Shown here in pieces: positions 9,249 through 19,010 of a stretch of DNA of 64,000 nucleotides. How positions within the stretch are numbered: position 1 is the stretch's first letter; each line of letters starts with the position of its first letter. Below the pieces are notes generated by a model. That model did no database searches, was not told the DNA's origin, and saw only the letters and a list, made by a program, of their open reading frames with translations. The translations under genes and the position numbers were made by a program. This DNA is from an uncultured Gemmatimonadales bacterium (GTDB lineage: Bacteria; Gemmatimonadota; Gemmatimonadetes; Gemmatimonadales; GWC2-71-9): positions 832,001 through 896,000 of the forward strand of contig CAWCFX010000001.1 in the NCBI GenBank assembly GCA_963795085.1, given 5' to 3'.

Positions 9249-10456
9249 ATGACCCCCAGCTCCCGTCCGATCCGGGCGAAGGTCTCCAGGCAGTAGTCGA
9301 TCTGGTCGAAGCTGTGCGTGGCCATCAGGCTGGTGCGGAGCCGGCACTGGGTGATGGGCACGGCCGGGGCGGTCACCGGGTTGGTGAAGACGCCGGCGTC
9401 GAACAGCTTCCGCCACATGAGGAAGGTGCGGTCCAGCGGGCCGATCAGCACCGGGACGATGGGGGTCTCGGTGGGGCCGATCTCGAAGCCCAGGCTCCGG
9501 AAGCCCTCGTGCAGCCGCCGGGTGTTGGCCCACAGCTGTTCCCGCCGCTCCGGCTCCTGCTGCAGGACTTCCAGCGCCGCCAGCACCCCGGCGGTGTTGG
9601 CCGGCGGCAGGGACGCGGTGAAGATGAGCGGCCGGCTGTGGTGGCGCAGGTAGTGAATGACGTTCTCGGACCCGGCCACGAACCCGCCGATCGAGGCGAG
9701 GGACTTGGAGAATGTCCCGGCGATGATGTCCACCTCGTCGATCATGCCGAAGTGGGCGGCGGTGCCGTCGCCCCTGGGGCCGAGGACGCCGAGCGAGTGG
9801 GCGTCGTCGATGGCGAGGGCGGCGCCGTACTTCCGGGCCACCTTGACCAGCCCGGGCACGTCCGCGATGTCTCCTTCCATGGAGTACACGCCGTCCACGA
9901 TGATCATGGCGCCGTTGGCGCCCTTCGCCATGTTGCGTTCCAGCTTGCGCTGCAGCCCCCCCAGGTCGCCGTGGTTGAAGCGCTCGGTGTCGCCGTAGGA
10001 CATCTTGGCGCCATCCACGATGGAGGCGTGGTCCAGCTTGTCGAGATAGACGACGTCGTTCCGGGTCACCAGGCCGGTGATCAGGCCCAGGTTGGCGGAA
10101 TAGCCGGTCGAGAAGACCAGGCAGTCTTCCTTGCCCAGGAACTCCGCGATGGCCTGCTCCAGCTGGCCGTGCAGGTCGAGGGTGCCGTTCAGGAACCGGC
10201 TCCCGGTGCAGCCCGATCCGTAGCGGTGCAGCGCGCGGGAGGCGGCTTCGAGCACCTTCGGGTGGTGGGTCAACCCAAGGTAGTTATTGGACCCCAGCAT
10301 GATGCGCTTCTTGCCTTCAATGACCACCACCGTGTCCTCGGACTCGGAGATGGGCTTGAAGTAGGGATACATGCCGGCGGCCTGGATCTCCTTGGCCTTG
10401 GTGAACTGCCGGCACTTTTCGAAGAGCGCAACCTGCTGGAGCGTTTGGGTATCCAT
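9245..10456 (-). CDS. spt: PLP-dependent alpha-oxoamine synthase, likely serine palmitoyltransferase
   Basis: GSNNYLGL, GSRFLNGT, DGVYSMEGD, DDAH, GTFSKS; MYPYF N-terminus; GNAT and SDR neighbours, no bio genes. Confidence 0.78.
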   Translation of the reverse strand: MDTQTLQQVALFEKCRQFTKAKEIQAAGMYPYFKPISESEDTVVVIEGKKRIMLGSNNYLGLTHHPKVLEAASRALHRYGSGCTGSRFLNGTLDLHGQLEQAIAEFLGKEDCLVFSTGYSANLGLITGLVTRNDVVYLDKLDHASIVDGAKMSYGDTERFNHGDLGGLQRKLERNMAKGANGAMIIVDGVYSMEGDIADVPGLVKVARKYGAALAIDDAHSLGVLGPRGDGTAAHFGMIDEVDIIAGTFSKSLASIGGFVAGSENVIHYLRHHSRPLIFTASLPPANTAGVLAALEVLQQEPERREQLWANTRRLHEGFRSLGFEIGPTETPIVPVLIGPLDRTFLMWRKLFDAGVFTNPVTAPAVPITQCRLRTSLMATHSFDQIDYCLETFARIGRELGVI

Positions 10457-10768
10457 CGGACCTCGGCGCTTGGACTGGTAATAAAATCGGCCTGTTTCAG
10501 CCCCAACATTTTAGTGGCTTGGCCGTGGTGGCACAAGGCTTTACGCGATTTCCGGGCCCGTTACAACCAGGGCCGGGCAGGGGCCGCCCGGGAGGCCTGG
10601 CAACGGGGGTCTTGCCCTTCGCGCCAATTCTGCCACAATACATCGGCACCCCGTGGCTCAATCCGTATCTGGCTCGTCCTAACACCGGTGCATGGCAGCC
10701 TTGACCGCCCCGGCCGGGAGTACGATTTTTGCATTTGGTGCCCCCACCTTCTTCTACTGGAATAATCC

Positions 10769-13066
10769 ATGGTTCGGAATATTCGCCTGCTCGCGGCGGC
10801 CGCGGCCGCGTCCTGGGCCCTGTTTGCGCCGGACAGCGCCGAGGCCCAGCGTCCGGGGGCCCGGTTGGGCCGGTTCGAGGTGCCCGGGTTCGATTTCGCG
10901 CCCGATGGGGCCTGGCGCAAGCGGGCCGGGCAGATCCGGCTGGCCCGGCAGGCGATGCTCCGGACCGGGGCCCTCCGGGCCCTCAACGCTTCCGGGCCCA
11001 GCGCGACCCGGCTCACCGGCAACGTGAACGTCCCGGTGCTCCTGATCAGCTATACCAACCAGGCGATGCCGTTCCCCACGGCGGACTACCAGGACGTGCT
11101 GTTCAATGCCGCGCCGACGCTCCGGCCCTACAGCGTCAAGAGCTATTACGAGCAGATATCCAACGGTAACATCACCATGAACGGCACCGTGTTCGATCCG
11201 GTGCTCACCGACCAGGCCAGTTCGTACTACGAGGACGGATGCCGCGGGATCATCACTGCCCCTACTCCCTGCGGCAACCCCATCAACGGCAACTCCGGGA
11301 ATGTATCGGCCCGCTTCCGGGACCTGCTGGTCGAAGTGCTCACGAAGGCAAATAATCTCGGCACCATCAACTGGGGCCAGTTCGATAACGACGGCCCGGA
11401 CGGCAACCCCAACTCGGGCGATGACGACGGCCGGGTGGATTTCATCACCTTCATCCAGCCGGGGGTGGACGGAGCCTGCGGGGCCCCCGGCATCTGGGCC
11501 CACCGCTGGAATATCGCTTCCCTGCGGCAGTCCACGCCCTTCCAGACCAGCACGCCCCGGACGGGGGGCGGGTTCATCCAGATCAACGACTACACCATCC
11601 AGAGCGGCCAGGGCGGCAACGGGGCCTGCACCGCGGGCCAGATCATGCCGATCGGCACCATCGCCCACGAGACCGGCCATGCGTTCGGTCTTCCCGACCT
11701 CTATGACACCAGCCTCAACACCGAGGGCATCGGGGAATGGGGCATCATGGGCAGCGGCAATTATTCCCGGGCCTACAGCCCGTCCACTTATGAAGCCTGG
11801 TCCCTGACCGAGCTCGGCTGGGTCACGGTGGATACCCTCAGCACCAGCCGGACCGTCACGATTAACCCGATCCAGACCTCGGATACCGTTTTTTATGTTT
11901 CGCTGGCGGGCACCGATGAATACCTTCTGCTGGAAAACCGGGATTCGCTGCTCAGCGACACGGCGCAGATGAACCCTGCATTCGGATCCCGGAAGAAGTC
12001 CCCCGGCCTGCTGATCTGGCACATGGACCGGAGCGTGATCACGGGAGGGACGGGCAGCAACTCGGTCAATTCCGGATCGGTGCACGGAGTCGCCCTTGAG
12101 CAGGCCGATGGGCTCAACCACCTGAGAATCAGCAATGGGGGCAACCGCGGCGATGCCGGTGATTCCTATCCGGGGACATCGCTCAACCGCAAATGGTCCA
12201 CGACGTCAAACCCTGCGTCCCGCAACAATGCCAGCGGGTACGCCGGCTTCGTGCTCGACTCCATCCACCGCAACGCTTCCGGCGTTCCCGGCGTCCCCAG
12301 CCCCATCGTGCTCCGCTACATCAGGCGGAACCAGTCGGTCTTCACCACCAACCGTACCGGCGCCAATATCAAGGTCAACGCGGTGACCATCCAGCGGTTC
12401 GATGATGTCGTCGCCGAGGGAGACAACGTGATGCTGGAGGCCGTTTCGCCCCAGACCATCACCGCGGGCCGCACCCAGCTCGCCTTCGCCAGCTGGAGCG
12501 ACGGCGGGGCCGCGACCCACACGGTCGTGTCCGGCGCGACCCCCGACACGGTCGTGGCCAGCTTCAGCGCCAGCCACAAGCTCAACCTGGTCAGCGCGCC
12601 CAGCGGCGGCACCGTCACCTCCGATATTGCCGGCAGCCCCAACCTGGTCGCCGGCACCTTCGTGGCCGAGGGCACCCCGGTCACTCTTACCGCGACGGCC
12701 GACGTCGGCGCCAGCTTCGTGCGCTTCCAGGGCGACACCATGACCACCAACGCCACCCTGGTGCTGCCGATGGGCCGCCCCTATAGCCTGACGGCGGTGT
12801 TCAGCGGCGCCGTCGCCATCGTCACCCAGGACGCGGTGAACCAGCTGCTCGGCACCGCCTGCGCCACCAGTCCCTGCCTGTCCACGCAGCAGATGACCTA
12901 CATGGACCAGACCGGCAACAACGACGGATCCTACAACCTCGGCGATTTCCTGGCCTATGCCGACCGGACCGGCCTCAACCCGTCCAGCCCATTGATGCAG
13001 CGCCTGCTGTCGGCGCCCACCGTCTCGGTGCCGCTCAGCGCACCGACCCCAGCGAAGGAGCGATAA
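10769..13066 (+). CDS. Secreted M6-family (immune inhibitor A-like) metalloprotease with C-terminal beta-repeat and dockerin-like segment
   Basis: Signal peptide; HETGHAFGLPDLY; GEWGIMGSG; YLLLENR; LEQADG. Confidence 0.88.
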   Translation: MVRNIRLLAAAAAASWALFAPDSAEAQRPGARLGRFEVPGFDFAPDGAWRKRAGQIRLARQAMLRTGALRALNASGPSATRLTGNVNVPVLLISYTNQAMPFPTADYQDVLFNAAPTLRPYSVKSYYEQISNGNITMNGTVFDPVLTDQASSYYEDGCRGIITAPTPCGNPINGNSGNVSARFRDLLVEVLTKANNLGTINWGQFDNDGPDGNPNSGDDDGRVDFITFIQPGVDGACGAPGIWAHRWNIASLRQSTPFQTSTPRTGGGFIQINDYTIQSGQGGNGACTAGQIMPIGTIAHETGHAFGLPDLYDTSLNTEGIGEWGIMGSGNYSRAYSPSTYEAWSLTELGWVTVDTLSTSRTVTINPIQTSDTVFYVSLAGTDEYLLLENRDSLLSDTAQMNPAFGSRKKSPGLLIWHMDRSVITGGTGSNSVNSGSVHGVALEQADGLNHLRISNGGNRGDAGDSYPGTSLNRKWSTTSNPASRNNASGYAGFVLDSIHRNASGVPGVPSPIVLRYIRRNQSVFTTNRTGANIKVNAVTIQRFDDVVAEGDNVMLEAVSPQTITAGRTQLAFASWSDGGAATHTVVSGATPDTVVASFSASHKLNLVSAPSGGTVTSDIAGSPNLVAGTFVAEGTPVTLTATADVGASFVRFQGDTMTTNATLVLPMGRPYSLTAVFSGAVAIVTQDAVNQLLGTACATSPCLSTQQMTYMDQTGNNDGSYNLGDFLAYADRTGLNPSSPLMQRLLSAPTVSVPLSAPTPAKER

Positions 13067-13069
13067 CCC

Positions 13070-13477
13070 ATGCAAGTCCGATCCATCCTGGCCATGGCCG
13101 CCCTGGGGACGGGGCTCTGGGCCTGTGGCGGCGGTGACGGCGGCGGCGGCGGCCCCAGCCCCACGCCCGGTTCGCTGGACGTGGTGCTGACCACGGCCCC
13201 GACCGCCCCCGGCGCCCTGATGTTCACCGTCTCCGGCGGGCCCATCACCGGGGTGACATCCAGCCACACCAGGTACGAGCAGACCACCGCGCCCAACTCG
13301 CGGAAGGTGTTGCTGACCGGAAACCTGGTCGCCGGCACCGTGGTGCAGATCCAGGTGCCGGACGTCGGCGCCGTGGACAACTACGTCGTGCAGGTGCTCC
13401 AGGTCGCGGCCCGGAGCAACGCCGCGGTGCCCTACCAGAACCTGGCCACGGCCGGATTCAATATGGATGTCCAATGA
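13070..13477 (+). CDS. Small beta-rich lipoprotein
   Basis: Lipobox LWAC, Gly/Pro linker; 3 bp after protease stop, RBS AAGGAG. Confidence 0.8.
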   Translation: MQVRSILAMAALGTGLWACGGGDGGGGGPSPTPGSLDVVLTTAPTAPGALMFTVSGGPITGVTSSHTRYEQTTAPNSRKVLLTGNLVAGTVVQIQVPDVGAVDNYVVQVLQVAARSNAAVPYQNLATAGFNMDVQ

Positions 13478-13507
13478 TCCGGCCCTCCACCCGCTGAACC
13501 AGCGACG

Positions 13508-13537
13508 GCCCTCCCCCCGGGGAGGGCTGTTGTCTTC
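13508..13537 (+). terminator. Possible terminator
   Basis: GCCCTCCCC-cc-GGGGAGGGC followed by TGTTGTCTT. Confidence 0.5.
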
Positions 13538-13540
13538 TCC

Positions 13541-14014
13541 ATGCCGCGTCCCGCCGTGGGCTGCATCGCGCTCGCCGTCGCCTGGGCCGTCGTGGTGGCG
13601 GTGGGGCGGGGCCTGGCGTTGGACGATCCCGCCTGGTACCAGGCCCTTCGGAAGCCGGCCTTTCAGCCCCCGCTCTGGCTCTACCACGTGGCGTGGCCGC
13701 TGCTGCTCTGCCTCGCCGCGGCGGCGGCGGTGGTGGCCGCCAGTGCCCTGGCCGCCGACCGCCGCGACCGGGTCCGGCTGGCATTTCTCTACCTGTTGAA
13801 CGGGGTGCTCAACATCGGATGGGCGTGGCTCTACTTCCGGTGCCAGCGTCCCGACTGGGCCATGCTGGAGTGGTGGGGCCTGCTCGCGTCGGTGGGGGGA
13901 ATGATCTGGGCCGCCTCGCGCACCAGCCGGGCCGCGGCCGGGCTGCTGGCGCCTTACCTTGCGTGGATCCTGTTTGCGGGGGCCGTCAACTGGAGCACGG
14001 TGCGGCTGAACTGA
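13541..14014 (+). CDS. tspO: TspO/MBR tryptophan-rich sensory protein
   Basis: WYQALRKPAFQPP, LNIGWAWLYF, LLAPYLAWILFA. Confidence 0.9.
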   Translation: MPRPAVGCIALAVAWAVVVAVGRGLALDDPAWYQALRKPAFQPPLWLYHVAWPLLLCLAAAAAVVAASALAADRRDRVRLAFLYLLNGVLNIGWAWLYFRCQRPDWAMLEWWGLLASVGGMIWAASRTSRAAAGLLAPYLAWILFAGAVNWSTVRLN

Positions 14015-14019
14015 CCGGC

Positions 14020-15336
14020 TCAGCGATACCGCCGGGCCACTTCCGCGACGAGGCCGGCAAGCTCGGCACGGGGCATCCAGCGGCCCCGCGCCATCACGCC
14101 TTCCGGGGTGCGAAGCGCCGCCAGGTTTTCCAGCGGGTTCGCCGCGAGCAGCAGCAGGTCGGCGCGCGCCCCCGGGCGGATGCTGCCAAACTCCTCGGGT
14201 GTCCCCAGGTATTCCGCCGCCCGCATCGTCGCCATCGCGAGCACGGCGCGGCGGCTCACCCCCGCCTGTTCCAGTACCCGCAGCTCCTCGTGCAGGCTGG
14301 TGCCGGGCACCATCAGGGGGTTCGGGGTGTCGGTGCCCGCCAGCATTCGCACCTGCCGGTCCGCCAGTCCCCGCACCACCCGCTGCAGCATGGCCCAGTG
14401 TTGCCGGTTCCGGGGCGATGCGCCCGGCGCGGAGTCTCCCCGCCGGAGTGAGCGCCACCAGCTCCGGGTGTCCCGGTCCACCAGGGCAAGGTCGGGGCCG
14501 TCGAACCGGGCCCAGACCTCGGGGGAGCCGGTCAAGGTCAACGCTTCGAAGGCGGCGAGGGTGGGCGTGACCCAGACATTGGCGGCGGCCACCCGGTCCA
14601 GCGCCGCATCCAGTTGCAGGGTGTCGGCGCTGTGCCCGCCGGCCGCATCGAGAATGGTGGCCGCGTGCTCGATATCCTGGCGGGCGGCCAGGGCGCTGTC
14701 CAGTCCCACCGCGCGGGGGATGTGTCCGGTCACCGGCAGGCCAGCGGTCTTCGCCGTTCGCACGATGGCCTGGTACACCTCCAGGCCCAGGCCATCGTAC
14801 ACCTTGACGAGATCGTAGCCCTCCCGCGCCAGCCGGGCGACCTCCTGCTCCGCCTGGGGAACCCCGGTGACCTGGAGGTGCCGATAGCGCTGGGGCTGGC
14901 CCGCCATCAACGGCCCGCTCACGATCAGCGTGGGACCCGCCTGGCGGCCCGCCGCGAGATCGTCGCGCAGCCGGAGCCGGGTCGAGTCGCCGTTCAGTTC
15001 CCGCACCGTGGTAATGCCGCTGGCCAGGTAGAGCACCATTGCGTCCGGATCGACGTGCGCGTGCATGTCAGCCAGTCCCGGGGCCAGGAAGCGGCCGGTC
15101 CCGTCAATCCGCGTCGCCCCGGCGGGAATCCGCGCCTCTCGCGCGGGCCCGACCCACCGGATGCGGCCGCCTTCCACCACCACCGTCTGGCCCGGTACCA
15201 GCGTCCCCGACTCCACGGCCACGAGGGTCACATTCACAAACGCGGTGGCCCCGGCGGCGGAGGGCGGCCCCGGCGCCGGCCGGTCGCTCGCCAGCACGCC
15301 GGCCACGACCAGGCAGGCCATCCATGTATGGGTCAT
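14020..15336 (-). CDS. Amidohydrolase family protein (exported)
   Basis: PGLADMHAH, GTDTP, GSIRPGARADLLLL. Confidence 0.9.
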   Translation of the reverse strand: MTHTWMACLVVAGVLASDRPAPGPPSAAGATAFVNVTLVAVESGTLVPGQTVVVEGGRIRWVGPAREARIPAGATRIDGTGRFLAPGLADMHAHVDPDAMVLYLASGITTVRELNGDSTRLRLRDDLAAGRQAGPTLIVSGPLMAGQPQRYRHLQVTGVPQAEQEVARLAREGYDLVKVYDGLGLEVYQAIVRTAKTAGLPVTGHIPRAVGLDSALAARQDIEHAATILDAAGGHSADTLQLDAALDRVAAANVWVTPTLAAFEALTLTGSPEVWARFDGPDLALVDRDTRSWWRSLRRGDSAPGASPRNRQHWAMLQRVVRGLADRQVRMLAGTDTPNPLMVPGTSLHEELRVLEQAGVSRRAVLAMATMRAAEYLGTPEEFGSIRPGARADLLLLAANPLENLAALRTPEGVMARGRWMPRAELAGLVAEVARRYR

Positions 15337-15430
15337 GCCGATTCGCTCCGGTGGCCAGGGTGGGTGGGACGCATGGGGCGAGAGACGGCTGAACCAGCCT
15401 CGTCATGCACAACGAAAGTGCCGCATGGCA

Positions 15431-15464
15431 CAAAGCCCCCGCCGATAGTACGGCGGGGGCTTTG
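15431..15464 (-). terminator. Terminator hairpin
   Basis: CAAAGCCCCCGCCG / CGGCGGGGGCTTTG downstream of RCC1 gene. Confidence 0.7.
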
Positions 15465-15479
15465 CGGGCGTTTCGCCCG

Positions 15480-17159
15480 TCAGGGCTGGCCCAGGACCTT
15501 TACCGGCACGCTGCTGTTGTTGAAGGTGCCGTTGCCCAGCTGGCCGAAGGCGTTGTTGCCCCAGCAGTAGAGCGTGGGCGTGGTCGTCGTGCCGCAGGTA
15601 AAGTTGGAGCCGCTGCTGATCACGGTGAAGGTCATGCCGCCGGACACCGGCACCGGGATCTTGCGGTTGGTGGTAGACCCGTCGCCCAGCTCGCCGCTGG
15701 AGTTTTCACCCCAGCAGTACGCGGTGCCGTTCGACGTGAGACCGCAGGTGTGGTTGCCCCGGGCCCGGATCGAGGCGAATACGATGCCGCCCTGCACCGC
15801 CACCGGCGAGGTCCGGTCGGTGAAGGTGTTGTCGCCCAGTTCCCCGTGGGTGTTCATGCCCCAGCAGTACGCGGCGCCGCCCGAGGTGCGGCCGCAGCTG
15901 TGGGCGCCGCCGGTGGTGATCTCGACGAAGCTGAGGCCGCCGGTGACCGCCACCGGGGTGGACCGGTCCACCAGGGTGCCGTCTCCCACCTCGCCCTTGG
16001 AGTTGCTGCCCCAGCACCAGGCCGCGCCGGAGGACTCCAGTCCGCAGGCGTGGGCGCCCCGGGCGCTCAGCGTGGTGAAGGTATGGCCGCCGATGACGGC
16101 GACCGGAATGGTCCGCTTGGTGGTGGTGCCGTCGCCGACCGAGCCCTGCACGTTGCCGCCCCAGCAGTAGGCCGCCCCGGTCGAGACCAGCCCGCAGGTG
16201 TTGTTGAACCCGCCGGTGAGGCTGCTGAAGATCACTCCGCCCAGCACCGGGGTGGGCTTGGTGGCGCCTGGCGAGGCGCCGAGGCCGGCCTGGCCCTCGG
16301 CGTTCCGGCCCCAGCAGTAGGCGGTGCCGTTGGCGGTGAGCCCGCAGGTGTGGGAGGCACCGGGAATGAGCGAGGTGAAGCTCACGCCGGTGGAGACCAG
16401 GGTCGGCACCGCGCTGCTGGCCGACTGGCTTCCGCTGCCCAGCTGGCCGTCGGTGTTGAGGCCCCAGCAGTAGGCCTCGCCGGTGGCGGTGAGCGAACAG
16501 GTGTGGGAATAGCCGCCGTCCGGTGCCGGGAAGGCGAGGCTCAGCCCCACGTTGATGTCACCCTCTCCCGACACGCCCTCCGAGGTGGCGGTGATCTTGG
16601 TCTGGCCGCTCGACTGGCCGGTCACCAGCCCGTTGCCATCCACGGTCGCGATCGCCGTATTCAGGCTGGACCAGGTGACCACCCGGCCCCGCAGGGTGTC
16701 GCCGGTGGCGCTGAGCAGCACGGCGGTGAGCTGGCCGGCGAGGCCGGCGCCGATGGTGGCGTTGGGCGGGGTGACGTGGACGCTGGCCACCGGCAGCAGG
16801 GCCACGGTCACGGTGGTGCTGGCGCTCTTGCCCTCGCTGGTGGCGGTGACCTGGGTGCTGCCCACGCCCACCGCGGTCACCAGGCCCCGGGTGGACACGG
16901 TGGCGGCGCCGCCGTTGGTGCTGGCGAAGGTGACGATCCGGCCGGAGAGCACGTTGCCGTCGGCGTCCTTGGTGACCCAGGTCAGCTGCTGGGTGGCCCC
17001 GGGGGCCAGGTCCATGGCCGGGGGGCTGAGCTCGATCGAGGCCACCGCCACCGTGTTGGGGCCGGACCCGCCGTCGCCGCCGCCGCAGGCGCCGGCCGAC
17101 AGGATGAGAGCGAGCGCGATAACGCGCGAAGGGGAGACGACTGAGCCATGCGCCGCCAT
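15480..17159 (-). CDS. Lipoprotein with two Big_2 Ig domains and RCC1/BLIP-II repeats
   Basis: Lipobox AGAC; VTWSSLNTAIATVDGNGLVTG; seven HTCGL..AYCWG.N..G.LG repeats. Confidence 0.92.
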   Translation of the reverse strand: MAAHGSVVSPSRVIALALILSAGACGGGDGGSGPNTVAVASIELSPPAMDLAPGATQQLTWVTKDADGNVLSGRIVTFASTNGGAATVSTRGLVTAVGVGSTQVTATSEGKSASTTVTVALLPVASVHVTPPNATIGAGLAGQLTAVLLSATGDTLRGRVVTWSSLNTAIATVDGNGLVTGQSSGQTKITATSEGVSGEGDINVGLSLAFPAPDGGYSHTCSLTATGEAYCWGLNTDGQLGSGSQSASSAVPTLVSTGVSFTSLIPGASHTCGLTANGTAYCWGRNAEGQAGLGASPGATKPTPVLGGVIFSSLTGGFNNTCGLVSTGAAYCWGGNVQGSVGDGTTTKRTIPVAVIGGHTFTTLSARGAHACGLESSGAAWCWGSNSKGEVGDGTLVDRSTPVAVTGGLSFVEITTGGAHSCGRTSGGAAYCWGMNTHGELGDNTFTDRTSPVAVQGGIVFASIRARGNHTCGLTSNGTAYCWGENSSGELGDGSTTNRKIPVPVSGGMTFTVISSGSNFTCGTTTTPTLYCWGNNAFGQLGNGTFNNSSVPVKVLGQP

Positions 17160-17321
17160 GGGTCGAGTTCCTGGTCTGGAGTTGGGCCGTTCGTGGTTCG
17201 GGTTCTGAGACTGCCCCGATGATAGGGGCCGGGGGGGAAATCTCCGGTGGCGGCTGTCACAGGCGGGATGTGACCGGACGTGCCCCGCGGGCGCAACAGG
17301 TGGATGGCACGTCGCCGGACA

Positions 17322-18440
17322 GTCATTGCGAGGAGGCCGCAGGCCGACGAAGCAATCTGCTCACCAACTCACCCGAACCAGATTGCTTCGTCGCGCTACG
17401 CGCTCCTCGCAATGACTGGGTGGGGTCCAGGGGCCGAGGCAATCTGCTCACCTGATCTCGGACCATGGCAGTCATTGCGAGGAGGCCGCAGGCCGACGTG
17501 GCAATCGCCGTGAGGACAGACTAAAGTCTGCCCTCGGCCGTCCTGTCGCTGAAGCGACGCCGATCGTTGGTGGATGGCACGTCGCTGGACAGTCATTGCG
17601 AGGAGGCCGCAGGCCGACGTGGCAATCTGCTCACCAGGCCTCGTACCCAGGGCAGTCATTGCGAGGAGGCCGCAGGCCGACGTGGCAATCGCCGTGAGGA
17701 CAGACTAAAGTCTGCCCTCGGCCGTCCTGTCGCTGAAGCGACGCCGATCGCGGGTGGATGGCACGTCGCTGGACAGTCATTGCGAGGAGGCCGCAGGCCG
17801 ACGTGGCAATCGCCGTGAGGACAGACTAAAGTCTGCCCTCGGCCGTCCTGTCGCTGAAGCGACGCCGATCGTTGGTGGATGGCACGTCGCTGAACAGTCA
17901 TTGCGAGGAGGCCGCAGGCCGACGTGGCAATCGCCGTGAGCGGACAGACTAAAGTCTGCCCTCGGCCGTCCTGTCGCTGAAGCGACGCCGATCGTTGGTG
18001 GATGGCACGTCGCTGAACAGTCATTGCGAGGAGGCCGCAGGCCGACGTGGCAATCTGCTCACCAGGCCTCGGACACAAGGTAGTCATTGCGAGGAGGCCG
18101 CAGGCCGACGTGGCAATCTGCTCACCTTGGCCTGAAGCCGGCTTCCTGCCCACCCGAACCAGATTGCTTCGTCGCGCGACGCGCTCCTCGCAATGACTGG
18201 GTTGGGTCCCGGGGCCGAGGCCATCAGCTCACCTATCTCGGGACACAGGCAGTCATTGCGAGGAGGCCGCAGGCCGACGTGGCAATCTGCTCACCAGGCC
18301 TCGGACACAGGGTAGTCATTGCGAGGCGGCCGCAGGCCGACGAGGCAATCTGCTCACCAACTCACCCGAACCAGATTGCTTCGTCGCGCTCCGCGCTCCT
18401 CGCAATGACTGGGTGGGGTCCCGGGGCCGAGGCAATCTGC
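17322..18440. repeat. REP/BIME-like array: 10 direct and 3 inverted copies of a 36-bp palindromic unit GTCATTGCGAGGAGGCCGCAGGCCGACGTGGCAATC
   Basis: Direct copies at about 17322, 17471, 17592, 17655, 17776, 17897, 18020, 18083, 18252, 18315; inverted at 17381, 18162, 18374; linkers are themselves repeated. Confidence 0.92.
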
Positions 18441-18503
18441 CGGACGGGGCCGGCTCGGTCACCGGTGGTTACTCCTGCACTTCACTCCTGCACCGGGATA
18501 TTT

Positions 18504-18540
18504 CTGCTGCACCAGCATGACCGTCATGCTGGTGCAGCAG
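18504..18540. repeat. Perfect 18-bp inverted repeat with 1-nt centre
   Basis: CTGCTGCACCAGCATGAC-C-GTCATGCTGGTGCAGCAG. Confidence 0.95.
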
Positions 18541-18777
18541 TACGGTACCGGTGGTGCAGCGGTACGGTTACGCTGGCACTACGGTATAGTGAGGGCCAGA
18601 ATCGGGACCGGCAGCCGGCCGGTCCATCTCCACACCTTGCCAGTCCCCTCCTGCACCCGGGCTGCTCCGCCCTGGCATGGTGAAACGCCACGGTAGTGTG
18701 ACAGCCGGGATCGGATGGTTACGGGGCACCTTGTGGTTGCGAGCGGAGGTATCCGGCCCGGCACCATCCTGGGCACT

Positions 18778-18846
18778 GATCGGCAATCGGCAGTTGGCAA
18801 TCGGCAATGGCGTAGTTGGCAGGTGGCAGTCGGCAGTCTGCAGTCG
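18778..18846. repeat. Degenerate heptamer tandem repeat (RTCGGCA)n
   Basis: Directly visible. Confidence 0.8.
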
Positions 18847-19010
18847 GAAATTGAACCGGCTCGCCCTCGGGCCCATATCCTCCTAGCGCAACGCAGGCCC
18901 CGCGATAGATTGTTCCACCCCCACCCCAGATTCAGACGGGAATGCGATCAGCCGGCCGAAGACGCTTCGTCCCCGTGCGGCAGGGATGACGGGCGGGGAG
19001 TTCCAGCGAA

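Noticed and set aside
7197..9296. Long opposite-strand ORFs (also 9239-10765, 12206-14458, 30708-32540, 51364-53691, 54445-56382, 57174-58940)
   Set aside because: Shadow frames of well-supported genes in high-GC DNA; no motifs
9245..10456. BioF or Kbl annotation
   Set aside because: No bio or tdh neighbours; GNAT, SDR and PAP2 context favours Spt, though phylogeny is needed
17322..18440. CRISPR array (36-bp palindromic repeats)
   Set aside because: Spacers are repeated and of two size classes, inverted copies occur, and no cas genes are present; REP/BIME-like instead
18673..18690. Sigma-54 promoter for bEBP1 (TGGCATGGTGAAACGC)
   Set aside because: GG-GC spacing is 11 rather than 10, and it is far from the start codon
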